Source: Balanoglossus misakiensis (Eukaryota > Animalia > Hemichordata). From it: DNA of 64,000 nucleotides. Positions within the stretch are counted from its first letter, which is position 1. Each line of letters opens with the position of its first letter. Location: NCBI GenBank assembly GCA_040954595.2, contig CM082584.2:1829344-1893343 (forward strand), read 5' to 3'. Below, piece by piece: positions 1 to 15,000 of the stretch. The notes under the pieces are model-generated. The model searched no databases and was not told where the DNA came from. It saw only the letters and a program-made list of their open reading frames with translations. The position numbers and the translations under genes were made by a program.

Positions 1-3000
1 TTGACGAAATTTTGAGATTTTGCAAAGTCGGAAATTTGTCATTTTTTGATGATTTTCAACCATTATTTTTTTCAAAAATCGACGAAATTGTGAGATTTTG
101 CAAAGTCAAAAATTTGTCATTTTTTGATGATTTTCACCAATGTTGTTTTTAAAAAATCGACGAACCCATGATTTTTTCAAAAATTGACGAAATTTTGAGA
201 TTTTGCAAAGTCGAAAATTTGACATTTTTTGATGATTTTCACCCATGATTTTTTTCAAAAATTGACGAAATTGTGAGATTTTGCAAAGTAAAAAATTGGT
301 CATTTTTTGATGATTTTCACCCATGTTTTTTTTTAAAAAATCGACGAACCTATGATTTTTTTCAAAATCGACGAAATTATGAGATTTTGCAAAGTCGAAA
401 ATTTTGTCATTTTTTGATGATTTTCACCCATGATTTTTTCAAAAATTGACGAAATTTTGAGATTTTGCAAAGTCGAAAATTTGTCATTTTTTGATGATTT
501 TCTGCCATTATTTTTTTCAAAAATCGACGAAATGTTGAGATTTTGCAAAGTCGAAAATTTGTCATTTTTTGATGATTTTCTCCCATGATTTTTTTCAAAA
601 ATCGACGAAATTGTGAGATTTTGCAAAGTCAAAAATTTGTCATTTTTTGATGATTTTCACCCATGTTTTTTTTTTAAAAATCGACGAACCTATGATATTT
701 TTCGAAATCGACGAAATTTTGTGATTTTACAAAGTCGAAAATTTTGTCATTTTTTGATGATTTTCACCCATGATTTTTTCAAAAATTGACGAAATTTTGA
801 GATTTTGCAAAGTCGAAAATGTGTCATTTTTTGACGATTTTCACCCGTTTTTTTTCAAAATTTGTCATTTTTTGATGATTTTCACCCATGATTTTTTCAA
901 AAATTGACGAAATTTTGAGATTTTGCAAAGTCGAAAATTTGTCATTTTTTGATGATTTTCATCCATTATTTTTTTCAAAAATCGACGAAATGTTGAGATT
1001 TTGCAAAGTCGAAAATTTGTCATTTTTTGATGATTTTCTCCCATGATTTTTTTCAAAAATCGACGAAATTGTGAGATTTTGCAAAGTCGAAAATTTGTCA
1101 TTTTTTGATGATTTTCACCCATGTTTTTTTTTTAAAAATCGACGAACCTATGATTTTTTTCGAAATCGACGAAATTTTGTGATTTTACAAAGTCGAAAAT
1201 TTTGTCATTTTTTGATGATTTTCACCCATGATTTTTTTTCAAAAATCGACGAAATTATGAGATTTTGCAAAGTCGAAAATTTTGTCATTTTTTGATGATT
1301 TTCACCAATGTTGTTTTTAAAAAATCGACGAACCCATGATTTTTTCAAAAATTGACGAAATTTTGAGATTTTGCAAAGTCGAAAATTTGTCATTTTTTGA
1401 TGATTTTCACCCATGATTTTTTTCAAAAATCGACGAAATTGTGAGATTTTGCAAAGTCAAAAATTTGTCAGTTTTTGATGATATTCACCAATGTTGTTTT
1501 TAAAAAATCGACGAACCCATGATTTTTTTCAAAATCGACGAAATTGTGAGATTTTGCAAAGTCGAAAATTTGTCATTTTTTGATGATTTTCACCCATGTT
1601 TTTTTTTTAAAAATCGACGAACCTATGATTTTTTTCGAAATCGACGAAATTTTGTGATTTTACAAAGTCGAAAATTTTGTCATTTTTTGATGATTTTCAC
1701 CCATGATTTTTTTTCAAAAATGGACGAAATTTTGAGATTTTGCAAAGACGAAAATTTGTCATTTTTTGATGATTTTCACCCATGATTTTTTTTCAAAAAT
1801 CGACGAAATTTTGAGATTTTGCAAAGTCGAAAATGTGTCATTTTTTGATGATTTTCACCCGTTTTTTTTCAAAATTTGTCATTTTTTGATGATTTTCACC
1901 CATGATTTTTTTTCAAAAATCGACGAAATTTTGAGATTTTGCAAAGTCGAAAATGTGTCATTTTTTGATGATTTTCACCCATGATTTTTTTCAAAAATCG
2001 ACGAAATTTTGAGATTTTGCGAAGTCGAAAATTTGTCATTTTTGGATGATTTTCACCCATGATTTTTTTCAAAAATCGACGAAATGTTGAGATTTTGCAA
2101 AGTCGAAAATTTGTCATTTTTGGATGATTTTCACCCATGATTTTTTTCAAAAATCGACGAAATGTTGAGATTTTGCAAAGTCGAAAATTTTGTCATTTTT
2201 TGATGATTTTCAACCATGATTTTTTTCAAAAATCGACTAAATGTTGAGATTTTGCAAAGTCGAAAATGTGTCATTTTTTGATGATTTTCACCCGTTTTTT
2301 TTTCAAAATTTGTCATTTTTTCATGATTTTCACCCATGATTTTTTTCAAAAATCGACGAAATTTTGTGATTTTGCAAAGTCGAAAATTTTGTCATTTTTT
2401 GATGATTTTCAACCATGATTTTTTTTCAAAAATCGACGAAATTTTGTCATTTTACAAAGTCGAAAATTTTGTCATTTTTTGATGATTTTCACCCATGTTT
2501 TTTTTTTAAAAAAATCGACGAACCTATGATTTTTTTCAAAATCGGCGAAATTGTGTGATTTTGCAAACTCGAAAATTTGTCATTTTTTGATGATTTTCAC
2601 CAATGTTGTTTTTAAAAAATCGACGAACCCATGATTTTTTTCAAAAAAAGACTAAATTTTGAGATTATGCGAAGTCGAAAATTTTTCATTTTTTGATGAT
2701 TTTCACCCATGATTTTTTTCAAAAATCGACGAAATTTTGAGATTTTGCAAAGTCGAAAATTTGTCATTTTTTGATGATTTTCACCCATGATTTTTTTCAA
2801 AAATCGACGAAATTTTGAGATTTTGCAAAGTCGAAAATTTGTCATTTTTTGATGATTTTCAACCATTATTTTTTTTCAAAAATCGACGAAATTTTGAGAT
2901 TTTACAAAGTCGAAAATTTGTAATTTTTTGATGATTTTCACCCATGATTTTTTTTCACAAATCGACGAAATTTTGAGATTTTGCAAAGTCGAAAATTTGT

Positions 3001-6000
3001 CATTTTTTGATGATTTTCACCCATGTTTTTTTTAAAAAAATCGACGAACCTATGATTTTTTTCAAAACCGGCGAAATTGTGTGATTTTGCAAACTCGAAA
3101 ATTTGTCATTTTTTGATGATTTTCACCAATGTTGTTTTTAAAAAATCGACGAACCCATGATTTTTTTCAAAATCGACGAAATTTTGAGATTTTGCAAAGT
3201 CGAAAATTTGTCATTTTTTGATGATTTTCAACCATTATTTTTTTTCAAAAATCGACGAAATTTTGAGATTTTGCAAAGTCGAAAATTTGTCATTTTTTGA
3301 TAATTTTCACCTATGATTTTTTTCAAAAAAAGACAAAATTTTGAGATTTTGCGAAGTCGAAAATTTTTCATTTTTTGATGATTTTCACCCATGATTTTTT
3401 TCAAAAATCGACGAAATTTTGAGATTTTGCAAAGTCGAAAATTTGTCATTTTTTGATGATTTTCACCCATGATTTTTTTCAAAATTGACGAAATTTTGAG
3501 ATTTTGCAAAGTCGAAAATTTGTCATTTTTTGATGATTTTCACCTATGATTTTTTTCAAAAATCGACAAAATTTTGATATTTTGCAAAGTCGAAAATTTG
3601 TCATTTTTTGATGATTTTCACCCATGATTTTTTTTCAAAAATGGACGAAATTTTGAGATTTAGCAAAGTCGAAAATTTGTCATTTTTTGATGATTTTCAC
3701 CTATGATTTTTTTCAAAAATCGACGAAATGTTGAGATTTTGCAAAGTCGAAAATTTGTCATTTTTTGATGATTTTCACCAATGTTGTTTTTGAAAAATCG
3801 ACGAACCCATGATTTTTTTCAAAATCGACGAAATTTTGAGATTTTGCAAAGTCGAAAATTTTGTCATTTTTTGATGATTTTCACCCATGATTTTTTCAAA
3901 AATTGACGAAATTTTGAGATTTTGCAAAGTCGAAAATTTGTCATTTTTTGATGATTTTCACCCATGATTTTTTTTTAAAAATCGACGAAATTTTGAGATT
4001 TTGCAAAGTCGAAAATTTGTCATTTTTTGATGATTTTCACCAATGTTGTTTTTAAAAAAATCGACGAACCCATGATTTTTTTCAAAATCGACGAAATTAT
4101 GAGATTTTGCAGTCGAAAATGTGTCATTTTTTGATGATTTTCACCCATGATTTTTTCAAAAATTGACGAAATTTTGAGATTTTGCAAAGTCGAAAATATG
4201 TCATTTTTTGATGATTTTCAACCATTATTTTTTTCAAAAATCGACGAAATTGTGAGATTTTGCGAAGTCAAAAATTTGTCATTTTTTGATGATTTTCACC
4301 AATGTTGTTTTTAAAAAATCGACGAACCCATGATTTTTTCAAAAATTGACGAAATTTTGAGATTTTGCAAAGTCGAAAATTTGTCATTTTTTGATGATTT
4401 TCAACCATGATTTTTTTCAAAAATCGACGAAATTGTGAGATTTTGCAAAGTCAAAAATTTGTCAGTTTTTGATGATATTCACCAATGTTGTTTTTAAAAA
4501 ATCGACGAACCCATGATTTTTTTCAAAATCGACGAAATTTTGAGATTTTGCAAAGTCGAAAAATTTGACATTTTTTGATGATTTTCACCCATGATTTTTT
4601 TCAAAAATTGACGAAATTGTGAGATTTTGCAAAGTAAAAAATTTGTCATTTTTTGATGATTTTCACCCAGGTTTTTTTTTTAAAAATCGACGAACCTATG
4701 ATTTTTTTCAAAATCGACGAAATTATGAGATTTTGCAGTCGAAAATTTGTCATTTTTTGATGATTTTCACCTATGATTTTTTTCAAAAATCGACGAAATG
4801 TTGAGATTTTGCAAAGTCGAAAATTTGTCATTTTTTGATGATTTTAAACCATGATTTTTTTTCAAAAATCGACGAAATTATGAGATTTTGCAAAGTCGAA
4901 AATTTGTCATTTTTTGATGATTTTCAACCATTATTTTTTTCAAAAATCGACGAAATGTTGAGATTTTGCAAAGTCGAAAATTTGTCATTTTTTGATGATT
5001 TTCACCCATGATTTTTTTCAAAAATCGACGAAATTTTGAGATTTTGCAAAGTCGAAAATTTGTCATTTTTTGATGATTTTCACCCAGGATTTTTTTTCAC
5101 AAATCGACGAAATTTTGAGATTTTGCAGTCGTAAATTTGTCATTTTTTAATGATTTTCCTCCATGATTTTTTTCCAAAAATCGACGAAATTTTGAGATTT
5201 TGCAAAGTCGAAAATTTGTCATTTTTTGATGATTTTCATCCATGATTTTTTTTTAAAAATCGACGAAATTTTGAGATTTTGCAAAGTCGAAAATTTGTCA
5301 TTTTTTGATGATTTTCACCAATGTTGTTTTTAAATAATCGACGAACCCATGATTTTTTTCAAAATCGACGAAATTTGGAGATTTTGCAAAGTCGAAAATT
5401 TGTCATTTTTTGATGATTTTCATCCATGATTTTTTTTTAAAAATCGACGAAATTTTGAGATTTTGCAAACTCGAAAATTTGTCATTTTTTGATGATTTTC
5501 ACCAATGTTGTTTTTAAAAAATCGACGAACCCATGATTTTTTTCAAAAAAAGACTAAATTTTGAGATTATGCGAAGTCGAAAATTTTTCATTTTTTGATG
5601 ATTTTCACCCATGATTTTTTTCAAAAATCGACGAAATTTTGAGATTTTGCAAAGTCGAAAATTTGTCATTTTTTGATGATTTTCACCCATGATTTTTTTC
5701 AAAAATCGACGAAATTTTGAGATTTTGCAAAGTCGAAAATTTGTCATTTTTTGATGATTTTCAACCATTATTTTTTTTCAAAAATCGACGAAATTTTGAG
5801 ATTTTACAAAGTCGAAAATTTGTAATTTTTTGATGATTTTCACCCATGATTTTTTTTCACAAATCGACGAAATTTTGAGATTTTGCAAAGTCGAAAATTT
5901 GTCATTTTTTGATGATTTTCACCCATGTTTTTTTTTAAAAAATCGACGAACCTATGATTTTTTTCAAAATCGGCGAAATTGTGTGATTTTGCAAACTCGA

Positions 6001-9000
6001 AAATTTGTCATTTTTTGATGATTTTCACCAATGTTGTTTTTAAAAAATCGACGAACCCATGATTTTTTTCAAAATCGACGAAATTTTGAGATTTTGCAAA
6101 GTCGAAAATTTGTCATTTTTTGATGATTTTCAACCATTATTTTTTTTCAAAAATCGACGAAATTTTGAGATTTTGCAAGTCGAAAATTTGTCATTTTTTG
6201 ATAATTTTCACCTATGATTTTTTTCAAAAAAAGACAAAATTTTGAGATTTTGCGAAGTCGAAAATTTTTCATTTTTTGATGATTTTCACCCATGATTTTT
6301 TTCAAAAATCGACGAAATTTTGAGATTTTGCAAAGTCGAAAATTTGTCATTTTTTGATGATTTTCACCCATGATTTTTTTCAAAATTGACGAAATTTTGA
6401 GATTTTGCAAAGTCGAAAATTTGTCATTTTTTGATGATTTTCACCTATGATTTTTTTCAAAAATCGACAAAATTTTGAGATTTTGCAAAGTCGAAAATTT
6501 GTCATTTTTTGATGATTTTCACCCATGATTTTTTTTCAAAAATGGACGAAATTTTGAGATTTTGCAAAGTCGAAAATTTGTCATTTTTTGATGATTTTCA
6601 CCTATGATTTTTTTCAAAAATCGACGAAATGTTGAGATTTTGCAAAGTCGAAAATTTGTCATTTTTTGATGATTTTCACCAATGTTGTTTTTGAAAAATC
6701 GACGAACCCATGATTTTTTTCAAAATCGACGAAATTTTGAGATTTTGCAAAGTCGAAAATTTTGTCATTTTTTGATGATTTTCACCCATGATTTTTTCAA
6801 AAATTGACGAAATTTTGAGATTTTGCAAAGTCGAAAATTTGTCATTTTTTGATGATTTTCACCCATGATTTTTTTCAAAAATCGACGAAATTTTGAGATT
6901 TTGCAAAGTCGAAAATTTGTCATTTTTTGATGATTTTCACCTATGATTTTTTTCAAAAATCGACGAAATGTTGAGATTTTGCAAAGTCGAAAATTTGTCA
7001 TTTTTTGATGATTTTCACCCATGATTTTTTTCAAAAATCGACGAAATTTTGAGATTTTGCAAAGTCGAAAATTTGTCATTTTTTGATGATTTTCACCAAT
7101 GTTGTTTTTAAAAAAATCGACGAACCCATGATTTTTTTCAAAATCGACGAAATTTTGAGATTTTGCAAAGTCGAAAATTTGTCATTTTTTGATGATTTTC
7201 ACCTATGATTTTTTTCAAAAATCGACAAAATTTTGAGATTTTGCAAAGTCGAAAATTTGTCATTTTTTGATGATTTTCACAAATGATTGTTTTTCAAAAA
7301 TGGACGAAATTTTGAGATTTTGCAAAGTCGAAAATCTGTCATTTTTTGATGATTTTCACCCATGTTTTTTTTAAAAAAATCGACGAACCTATGATTTTTT
7401 TCAAAATCGACGAAATTGTGTGATTTTGCAAACTCGAAAATGTTGTCATTTTTTGATGATTTTCAACCATGATTTTTTTTCAAAAATCGACGAAATTTTG
7501 AGATTTTGCAAAGTTGAAAATTTTGTCATTTTTTGATGATTTTCACCCATGATTTTTTCAAAAATTGATGAAATTTTGAGATTTTGCAAAGTCGAAAATT
7601 TGTCATTTTTTGATGATTTTCACCCATGATTTTTTTTCAAAAATGGACGAAATTTTGAGCTTTTGCAAAGTCGAAAATTTTTCATTTTTTGATGATTTTC
7701 ACCTATGATTTTTTTCAAAAATCGACGTAATGTTGAGATTTTGCAAAGTCGAAAATTTGTCATTTTTTGATGATTTTCACCCATGATTTTTTACAAAAAT
7801 CGACGAAATTTTGAGATTTTGCAAAGTCGAAAATTTGTCATTTTTTGATGATTTTCACCAATGTTGTTTTTAAAAAATCGACGAACCCATGATTTTTTTC
7901 AAAATCGACGAAATTTTGAGATTTTGCAAAGTCGAAAATTTGTCATTTTTTGATGATTTTCAACCATTATTTTTTTTCAAAAATCGACGAAATTTTGAGA
8001 TTTTGCAAAGTCGAAAATTTGTCATTTTTTGATAATTTTCACCTATGATTTTTTTCAAAAAAAGACAAAATTTTGAGATTTTGCGAAGTCGAAAATTTTT
8101 CATTTTTTGATGATTTTCACCCATGATTTTTTTCAAAAATCGACGAAATTTTGAGATTTTGCAAAGTCGAAAATTTGTCATTTTTTGATGATTTTCACCC
8201 ATGATTTTTTTCAAAATTGACGAAATTTTGAGATTTTGCAAAGTCGAAAATTTGTCATTTTTTGATGATTTTCACCTATGATTTTTTTCAAAAATCGACA
8301 AAATTTTGAGATTTTGCAAAGTCGAAAATTTGTCATTTTTTGATGATTTTCACCCATGATTTATTTTCAAAAATGGACGAAATTTTGAGATTTTGCAAAG
8401 TCAAAAATTTGTCATTTTTTGATGATTTTAACCTATGATTTTTTTCAAAAATCGACGAAATGTTGAGATTTTGCAAAGTCGAAAATTTGTCATTTTTTGA
8501 TGATTTTCACCCATGTTTTTTTTAAAAAAATCGACGAACCTATGATTTTTTCAAAATCGACGAAATTGTGTGATTTTGCAAACTCGAAAATGTTGTCATT
8601 TTTTGATGATTTTCAACCATGATTTTTTTTCAAAAATCGACGAAATTTTGAGATTTTGCAAAGTTGAAAATTTTGTCATTTTTTGATGATTTTCACCCAT
8701 GATTTTTTCAAAAATTGATGAAATTTTGAGATTTTGCAAAGTCGAAAATTTGTCATTTTTTGATGATTTTCACCCATGATTTTTTTTCAAAAATGGACGA
8801 AATTTTGAGCTTTTGCAAAGTCGAAAATTTTTCATTTTTTGATGATTTTCACCTATGATTTTTTTCAAAAATCGACGAAATGTTGAGATTTTGCAAAGTC
8901 GAAAATTTGTCATTTTTTGATGATTTTCACCCATGATTTTTTTCAAAAATCGACGAAATTTTGAGATTTTGCAAAGTCGAAAATCTGTCATTTTTTGATG

Positions 9001-12000
9001 ATTTTCACCAATGTTGTTTTTAAAAAGTCGACGAACCCATGATTTTTTTCAAAATCGACGAAATTTTGAGATTTTGCAAAGTCGAAAATTTGTCATTTTT
9101 TGATGATTTTCAACCATTATTTTTTTTCAAAAATCGACGAAATTTTGAGATTTTGCAAAGTCGAAAATTTGTCATTTTTTGATAATTTTCACCTATGATT
9201 TTTTTCAAAAAAAGACAAAATTTTGAGATTTTGCGAAGTCGAAAATTTTTCATTTTTTGATGATTTTCACCCATGATTTTTTTCAAAAATCGACGAAATT
9301 TTGAGATTTTGCAAAGTCGAAAATTTGTCATTTTTTGATGATTTTCACCCATGATTTTTTTCAAAATTGACGAAATTTTGAGATTTTGCAAAGTCGAAAA
9401 TTTGTCATTTTTTGATGATTTTCACCTATGATTTTTTTCAAAAATCGACAAAATTTTGAGATTTTGCAAAGTCGAAAATTTGTCATTTTTTGATGATTTT
9501 CACCCATGATTTTTTTTCAAAAATGGACGAAATTTTGAGATTTTGCAAAGTCGAAAATTTGTCATTTTTTGATGATTTTCACCTATGATTTTTTTCAAAA
9601 ATCGACGAAATGTTGAGATTTTGCAAAGTCGAAAATTTGTCATTTTTTGATGATTTTCACCAATGTTGTTTTTAAAAAATCGACGAACCCATGATTTTTT
9701 TCAAAATCGACGAAATTTTGAGATTTTGCAAAGTCGAAAATTTGTAATTTTTTGATAATTTTCACCTATGATTTTTTTCAAAAAAAGACAAAATTTTGAG
9801 ATTTTGCAAAGTCGAAAATTTGTCATTTTTTGATGATTTTCACCAATGTTGTTTTTAAAAAATCGACGAACCCATGATTTTTTTCAAAAAAAGACAAAAT
9901 TTTGAGATTTTGCAAAGTCGAAAATTTGTCATTTTTTGATGATTTTCACCAATGTTGTTTTTAAAAAATCGACGAACCCATGATTTTTTTCAAAATCGAC
10001 GAAATTTTGAGATTTTGCAAAGTCGAAAATTTTGTCAATTTTGATGATTTTCACCCATGATTTTTTCAAAAATTGACGAAATTTTGAGATTTTGCAAAGT
10101 CGAAAATTTGTCATTTTTTGATGATTTTCACCCATGATTTTTTTTAAGAAATCGACGAAATTTTGAGATTTTGCAAAGTCGAAAATCTGTCATTTTTTGA
10201 TGATTTTCACCAATGTTGTTTTTAAAAAAATCGACGAACCCATGATTTTTTTCAAAATCGACGAAATTATGAGATTTTGCAGTCGAAAATGTGTCATTTT
10301 TTGATGATTTTCACCCATGATTTTTTCAAAAATTGACGAAATTTTGAGATTTTGCAAAGTCGAAAATATGTCATTTTTTGATGATTTTCAACCATTATTT
10401 TTTTCAAAAATCGACGAAATTGTGAGATTTTGCGAAGTCAAAAATTTGTCATTTTTTGATGATTTTCACCAATGTTGTTTTTAAAAAATCGACGAACCCA
10501 TGATTTTTTCAAAAATTGACGAAATTTTGAGATTTTGCAAAGTCGAAAATTTGTCATTTTTTGATGATTTTCAACCATGATTTTTTTCAAAAATCGACGA
10601 AATTGTGAGATTTTGCAAAGTCAAAAATTTGTCAGTTTTTGATGATATTCACCAATGTTGTTTTTAAAAAATCGACGAACCCATGATTTTTTTCAAAATC
10701 GACGAAATTTTGAGATTTTGCAAAGTCGAAAATTTGTCATTTTTTGATGATTTTCAACCATGATTTTTTTTGAAAAATCGACGAAATTATGAGATTTTGC
10801 AAAGTTGAAAATTTTGTCATTTTTTGATGATTTTCACCTATGATTTTTTTCAAAAATCGACAAAATTTTGAGATTTTGCAAAGTCGAAAATTTGTCATTT
10901 TTTGATGATTTTCACCCATGATTTTTTTTCAAAAATGGACGAAATTTTGAGATTTTGCAAAGTCGAAAATTTGTCATTTTTTGATGATTTTCACCTATGA
11001 TTTTTTTCAAAAATCGACGAAATGTTGAGATTTTGCAAAGTCGAAAATTTGTCATTTTTTGATGATTTTCACCAATGTTGTTTTTAAAAAATCGACGAAC
11101 CCATGATTTTTTTCAAAATCGACGAAATTTTGAGATTTTGCAAAGTCGAAAATTTGTAATTTTTTGATAATTTTCACCTATGATTTTTTTCAAAAAAAGA
11201 CAAAATTTTGAGATTTTGCAAAGTCGAAAATTTGTCATTTTTTGATGATTTTCACCAATGTTGTTTTTAAAAAATCGACGAACCCATGATTTTTTTCAAA
11301 AAAAGACAAAATTTTGAGATTTTGCAAAGTCGAAAATTTGTCATTTTTTGATGATTTTCACCAATGTTGTTTTTAAAAAATCGACGAACCCATGATTTTT
11401 TTCAAAATCGACGAAATTTTGAGATTTTGCAAAGTCGAAAATTTTGTCAATTTTGATGATTTTCACCCATGATTTTTTCAAAAATTGACGAAATTTTGAG
11501 ATTTTGCAAAGTCGAAAATTTGTCATTTTTTGATGATTTTCACCCATGATTTTTTTTAAAAAATCGACGAAATTTTGAGATTTTGCAAAGTCGAAAATCT
11601 GTCATTTTTTGATGATTTTCACCAATGTTGTTTTTAAAAAAATCGACGAACCCATGATTTTTTTCAAAATCGACGAAATTATGAGATTTTGCAGTCGAAA
11701 ATGTGTCATTTTTTGATGATTTTCACCCATGATTTTTTCAAAAATTGACGAAATTTTGAGATTTTGCAAAGTCGAAAATATGTCATTTTTTGATGATTTT
11801 CAACCATTATTTTTTTCAAAAATCGACGAAATTTTGAGATTTTGCAAAGTCGAAAATTTGTCATTTTTTGATGATTTTCAACCATGATTTTTTTCAAAAA
11901 TCGACGAAATTGTGAGATTTTGCAAAGTCAAAAATTTGTCATTTTTTGATGATTTTCACCAATGTTGTTTTTAAAAAATCGACGAACCCATGATTTTTTT

Positions 12001-15000
12001 CAAAATCGACGAAATTTTGAGATTTTGCAAAGTCGAAAATTTTGTCAATTTTGATGATTTTCACCCATGATTTTTTTTAAAAAATCGACGAAATTTTGAG
12101 ATTTTGCAAAGTCGAAAATCTGTCATTTTTTGATGATTTTCACCAATGTTGTTTTTAAAAAAATCGACGAACCCATGATTTTTTTCAAAATCGACGAAAT
12201 TATGAGATTTTGCAGTCGAAAATGTGTCATTTTTTGATGATTTTCACCCATGATTTTTTCAAAAATTGACGAAATTTTGAGATTTTGCAAAGTCGAAAAT
12301 ATGTCATTTTTTGATGATTTTCAACCATTATTTTTTTCAAAAATCGACGAAATTGTGAGATTTTGCGAAGTCAAAAATTTGTCATTTTTTGATGATTTTC
12401 ACCAATGTTGTTTTTAAAAAATCGACGAACCCATGATTTTTTCAAAAATTGACGAAATTTTGAGATTTTGCAAAGTCGAAAATTTGTCATTTTTTGATGA
12501 TTTTCAACCATGAATTTTTTCAAAAATCGACGAAATTGTGAGATTTTGCAAAGTCAAAAATTTGTCAGTTTTTGATGATATTCACCAATGTTGTTTTTAA
12601 AAAATCGACGAACCCATGATTTTTTTCAAAATCGACGAAATTTTGAGATTTTGCAAAGTCGAAAATTTGTCATTTTTTGATGATTTTCAACCATGATTTT
12701 TTTTCAAAAATCGACGAAATTATGAGATTTTGCAAAGTTGAAAATTTTGTCATTTTTTGATGATTTTCACCTATGATTTTTTTCAAAAATCGACAAAATT
12801 TTGAGATTTTGCAAAGTCGAAAATTTGTCATTTTTTGATGATTTTCACCCATGATTTTTTTTCAAAAATGGACGAAATTTTGAGATTTTGCAAAGTCGAA
12901 AATTTGTCATTTTTTGATGATTTTCACCTATGATTTTTTTCAAAAATCGACGAAATGTTGAGATTTTGCAAAGTCGAAAATTTGTCATTTTTTGATGATT
13001 TTCACCAATGTTGTTTTTAAAAAATCGACGAACCCATGATTTTTTTCAAAATCGACGAAATTTTGAGATTTTGCAAAGTCGAAAATTTGTAATTTTTTGA
13101 TAATTTTCACCTATGATTTTTTTCAAAAAAAGACAAAATTTTGAGATTTTGCAAAGTCGAAAATTTGTCATTTTTTGATGATTTTCACCAATGTTGTTTT
13201 TAAAAAATCGACGAACCCATGATTTTTTTCAAAAAAAGACAAAATTTTGAGATTTTGCAAAGTCGAAAATTTGTCATTTTTTGATGATTTTCACCAATGT
13301 TGTTTTTAAAAAATCGACGAACCCATGATTTTTTTCAAAATCGACGAAATTTTGAGATTTTGCAAAGTCGAAAATTTTGTCAATTTTGATGATTTTCACC
13401 CATGATTTTTTCAAAAATTGACGAAATTTTGAGATTTTGCAAAGTCGAAAATTTGTCATTTTTTGATGATTTTCACCCATGATTTTTTTTAAAAAATCGA
13501 CGAAATTTTGAGATTTTGCAAAGTCGAAAATCTGTCATTTTTTGATGATTTTCACCAATGTTGTTTTTAAAAAAATCGACGAACCCATGATTTTTTTCAA
13601 AATCGACGAAATTATGAGATTTTGCAGTCGAAAATGTGTCATTTTTTGATGATTTTCACCCATGATTTTTTCAAAAATTGACGAAATTTTGAGATTTTGC
13701 AAAGTCGAAAATATGTCATTTTTTGATGATTTTCAACCATTATTTTTTTCAAAAATCGACGAAATTGTGAGATTTTGCGAAGTCAAAAATTTGTCATTTT
13801 TTGATGATTTTCACCAATGTTGTTTTTAAAAAATCGACGAACCCATGATTTTTTCAAAAATTGACGAAATTTTGAGATTTTGCAAAGTCGAAAATTTGTC
13901 ATTTTTTGATGATTTTCAACCATGATTTTTTTCAAAAATCGACGAAATTGTGAGATTTTGCAAAGTCAAAAATTTGTCAGTTTTTGATGATATTCACCAA
14001 TGTTGTTTTTAAAAAATCGACGAACCCATGATTTTTTTCAAAATCGACGAAATTTTGAGATTTTGCAAAGTCGAAAAATTTGACATTTTTTGATGATTTT
14101 CACCCATGATTTTTTTCAAAAATTGACGAAATTGTGAGATTTTGCAAAGTAAAAAATTTGTCATTTTTTGATGATTTTCACCCAGGTTTTTTTTTTAAAA
14201 ATCGACGAACCTATGATTTTTTTCAAAATCGACGAAATTATGAGATTTTGCAAAGTCGAAAATTTGTAATTTTTTGATAATTTTCACCTATGATTTTTTT
14301 CAAAAAAAGACAAAATTTTGAGATTTTGCAAAGTCGAAAATTTGTCATTTTTTGATGATTTTCACCCATGATTTTTTTTAAAAAATCGACGAAATTTTGA
14401 GATTTTGCAAAGTCGAAAATCTGTCATTTTTTGATGATTTTCACATGTTTTTTTTAAAAAAATCGACGAACCTATGATTTTTTTCAAAATCGACGAAATT
14501 GTGTGATTTTGCAAACTTGAAAATGTTGTCATTTTTTGATGATTTTCAACCATGATTTTTTTTCAAAAATCGACGAAATTTTGAGATTTTGCAAAGTTGA
14601 AAATTTTGTCATTTTTTGATGATTTTCACCCATGATTTTTTCAAAAATTGATGAAATTTTGAGCTTTTGCAAAGTCGAAAATTTGTCATTTTTTGATGAT
14701 TTTCACCTATGATTTTTTTCAAAAATCGACGAAATGTTGAGATTTTGCAAAGTCGAAAATTTGTCATTTTTTGATGATTTTCACCCATGATTTTTTTCAA
14801 AAATCGACGAAATTTTGAGATTTTGCAAAGTCGAAAATTTGTCATTTTTTGATGATTTTCAACCATTATTTTTTTTCAAAAATCGACGAAATTTTGAGAT
14901 TTTGCAAAGTCGAAAATTTGTCATTTTTTGATAATTTTCACCTATGATTTTTTTCAAAAAAAAGACAAAATTTTGAGATTTTGCGAAGTCGAAAATTTTT

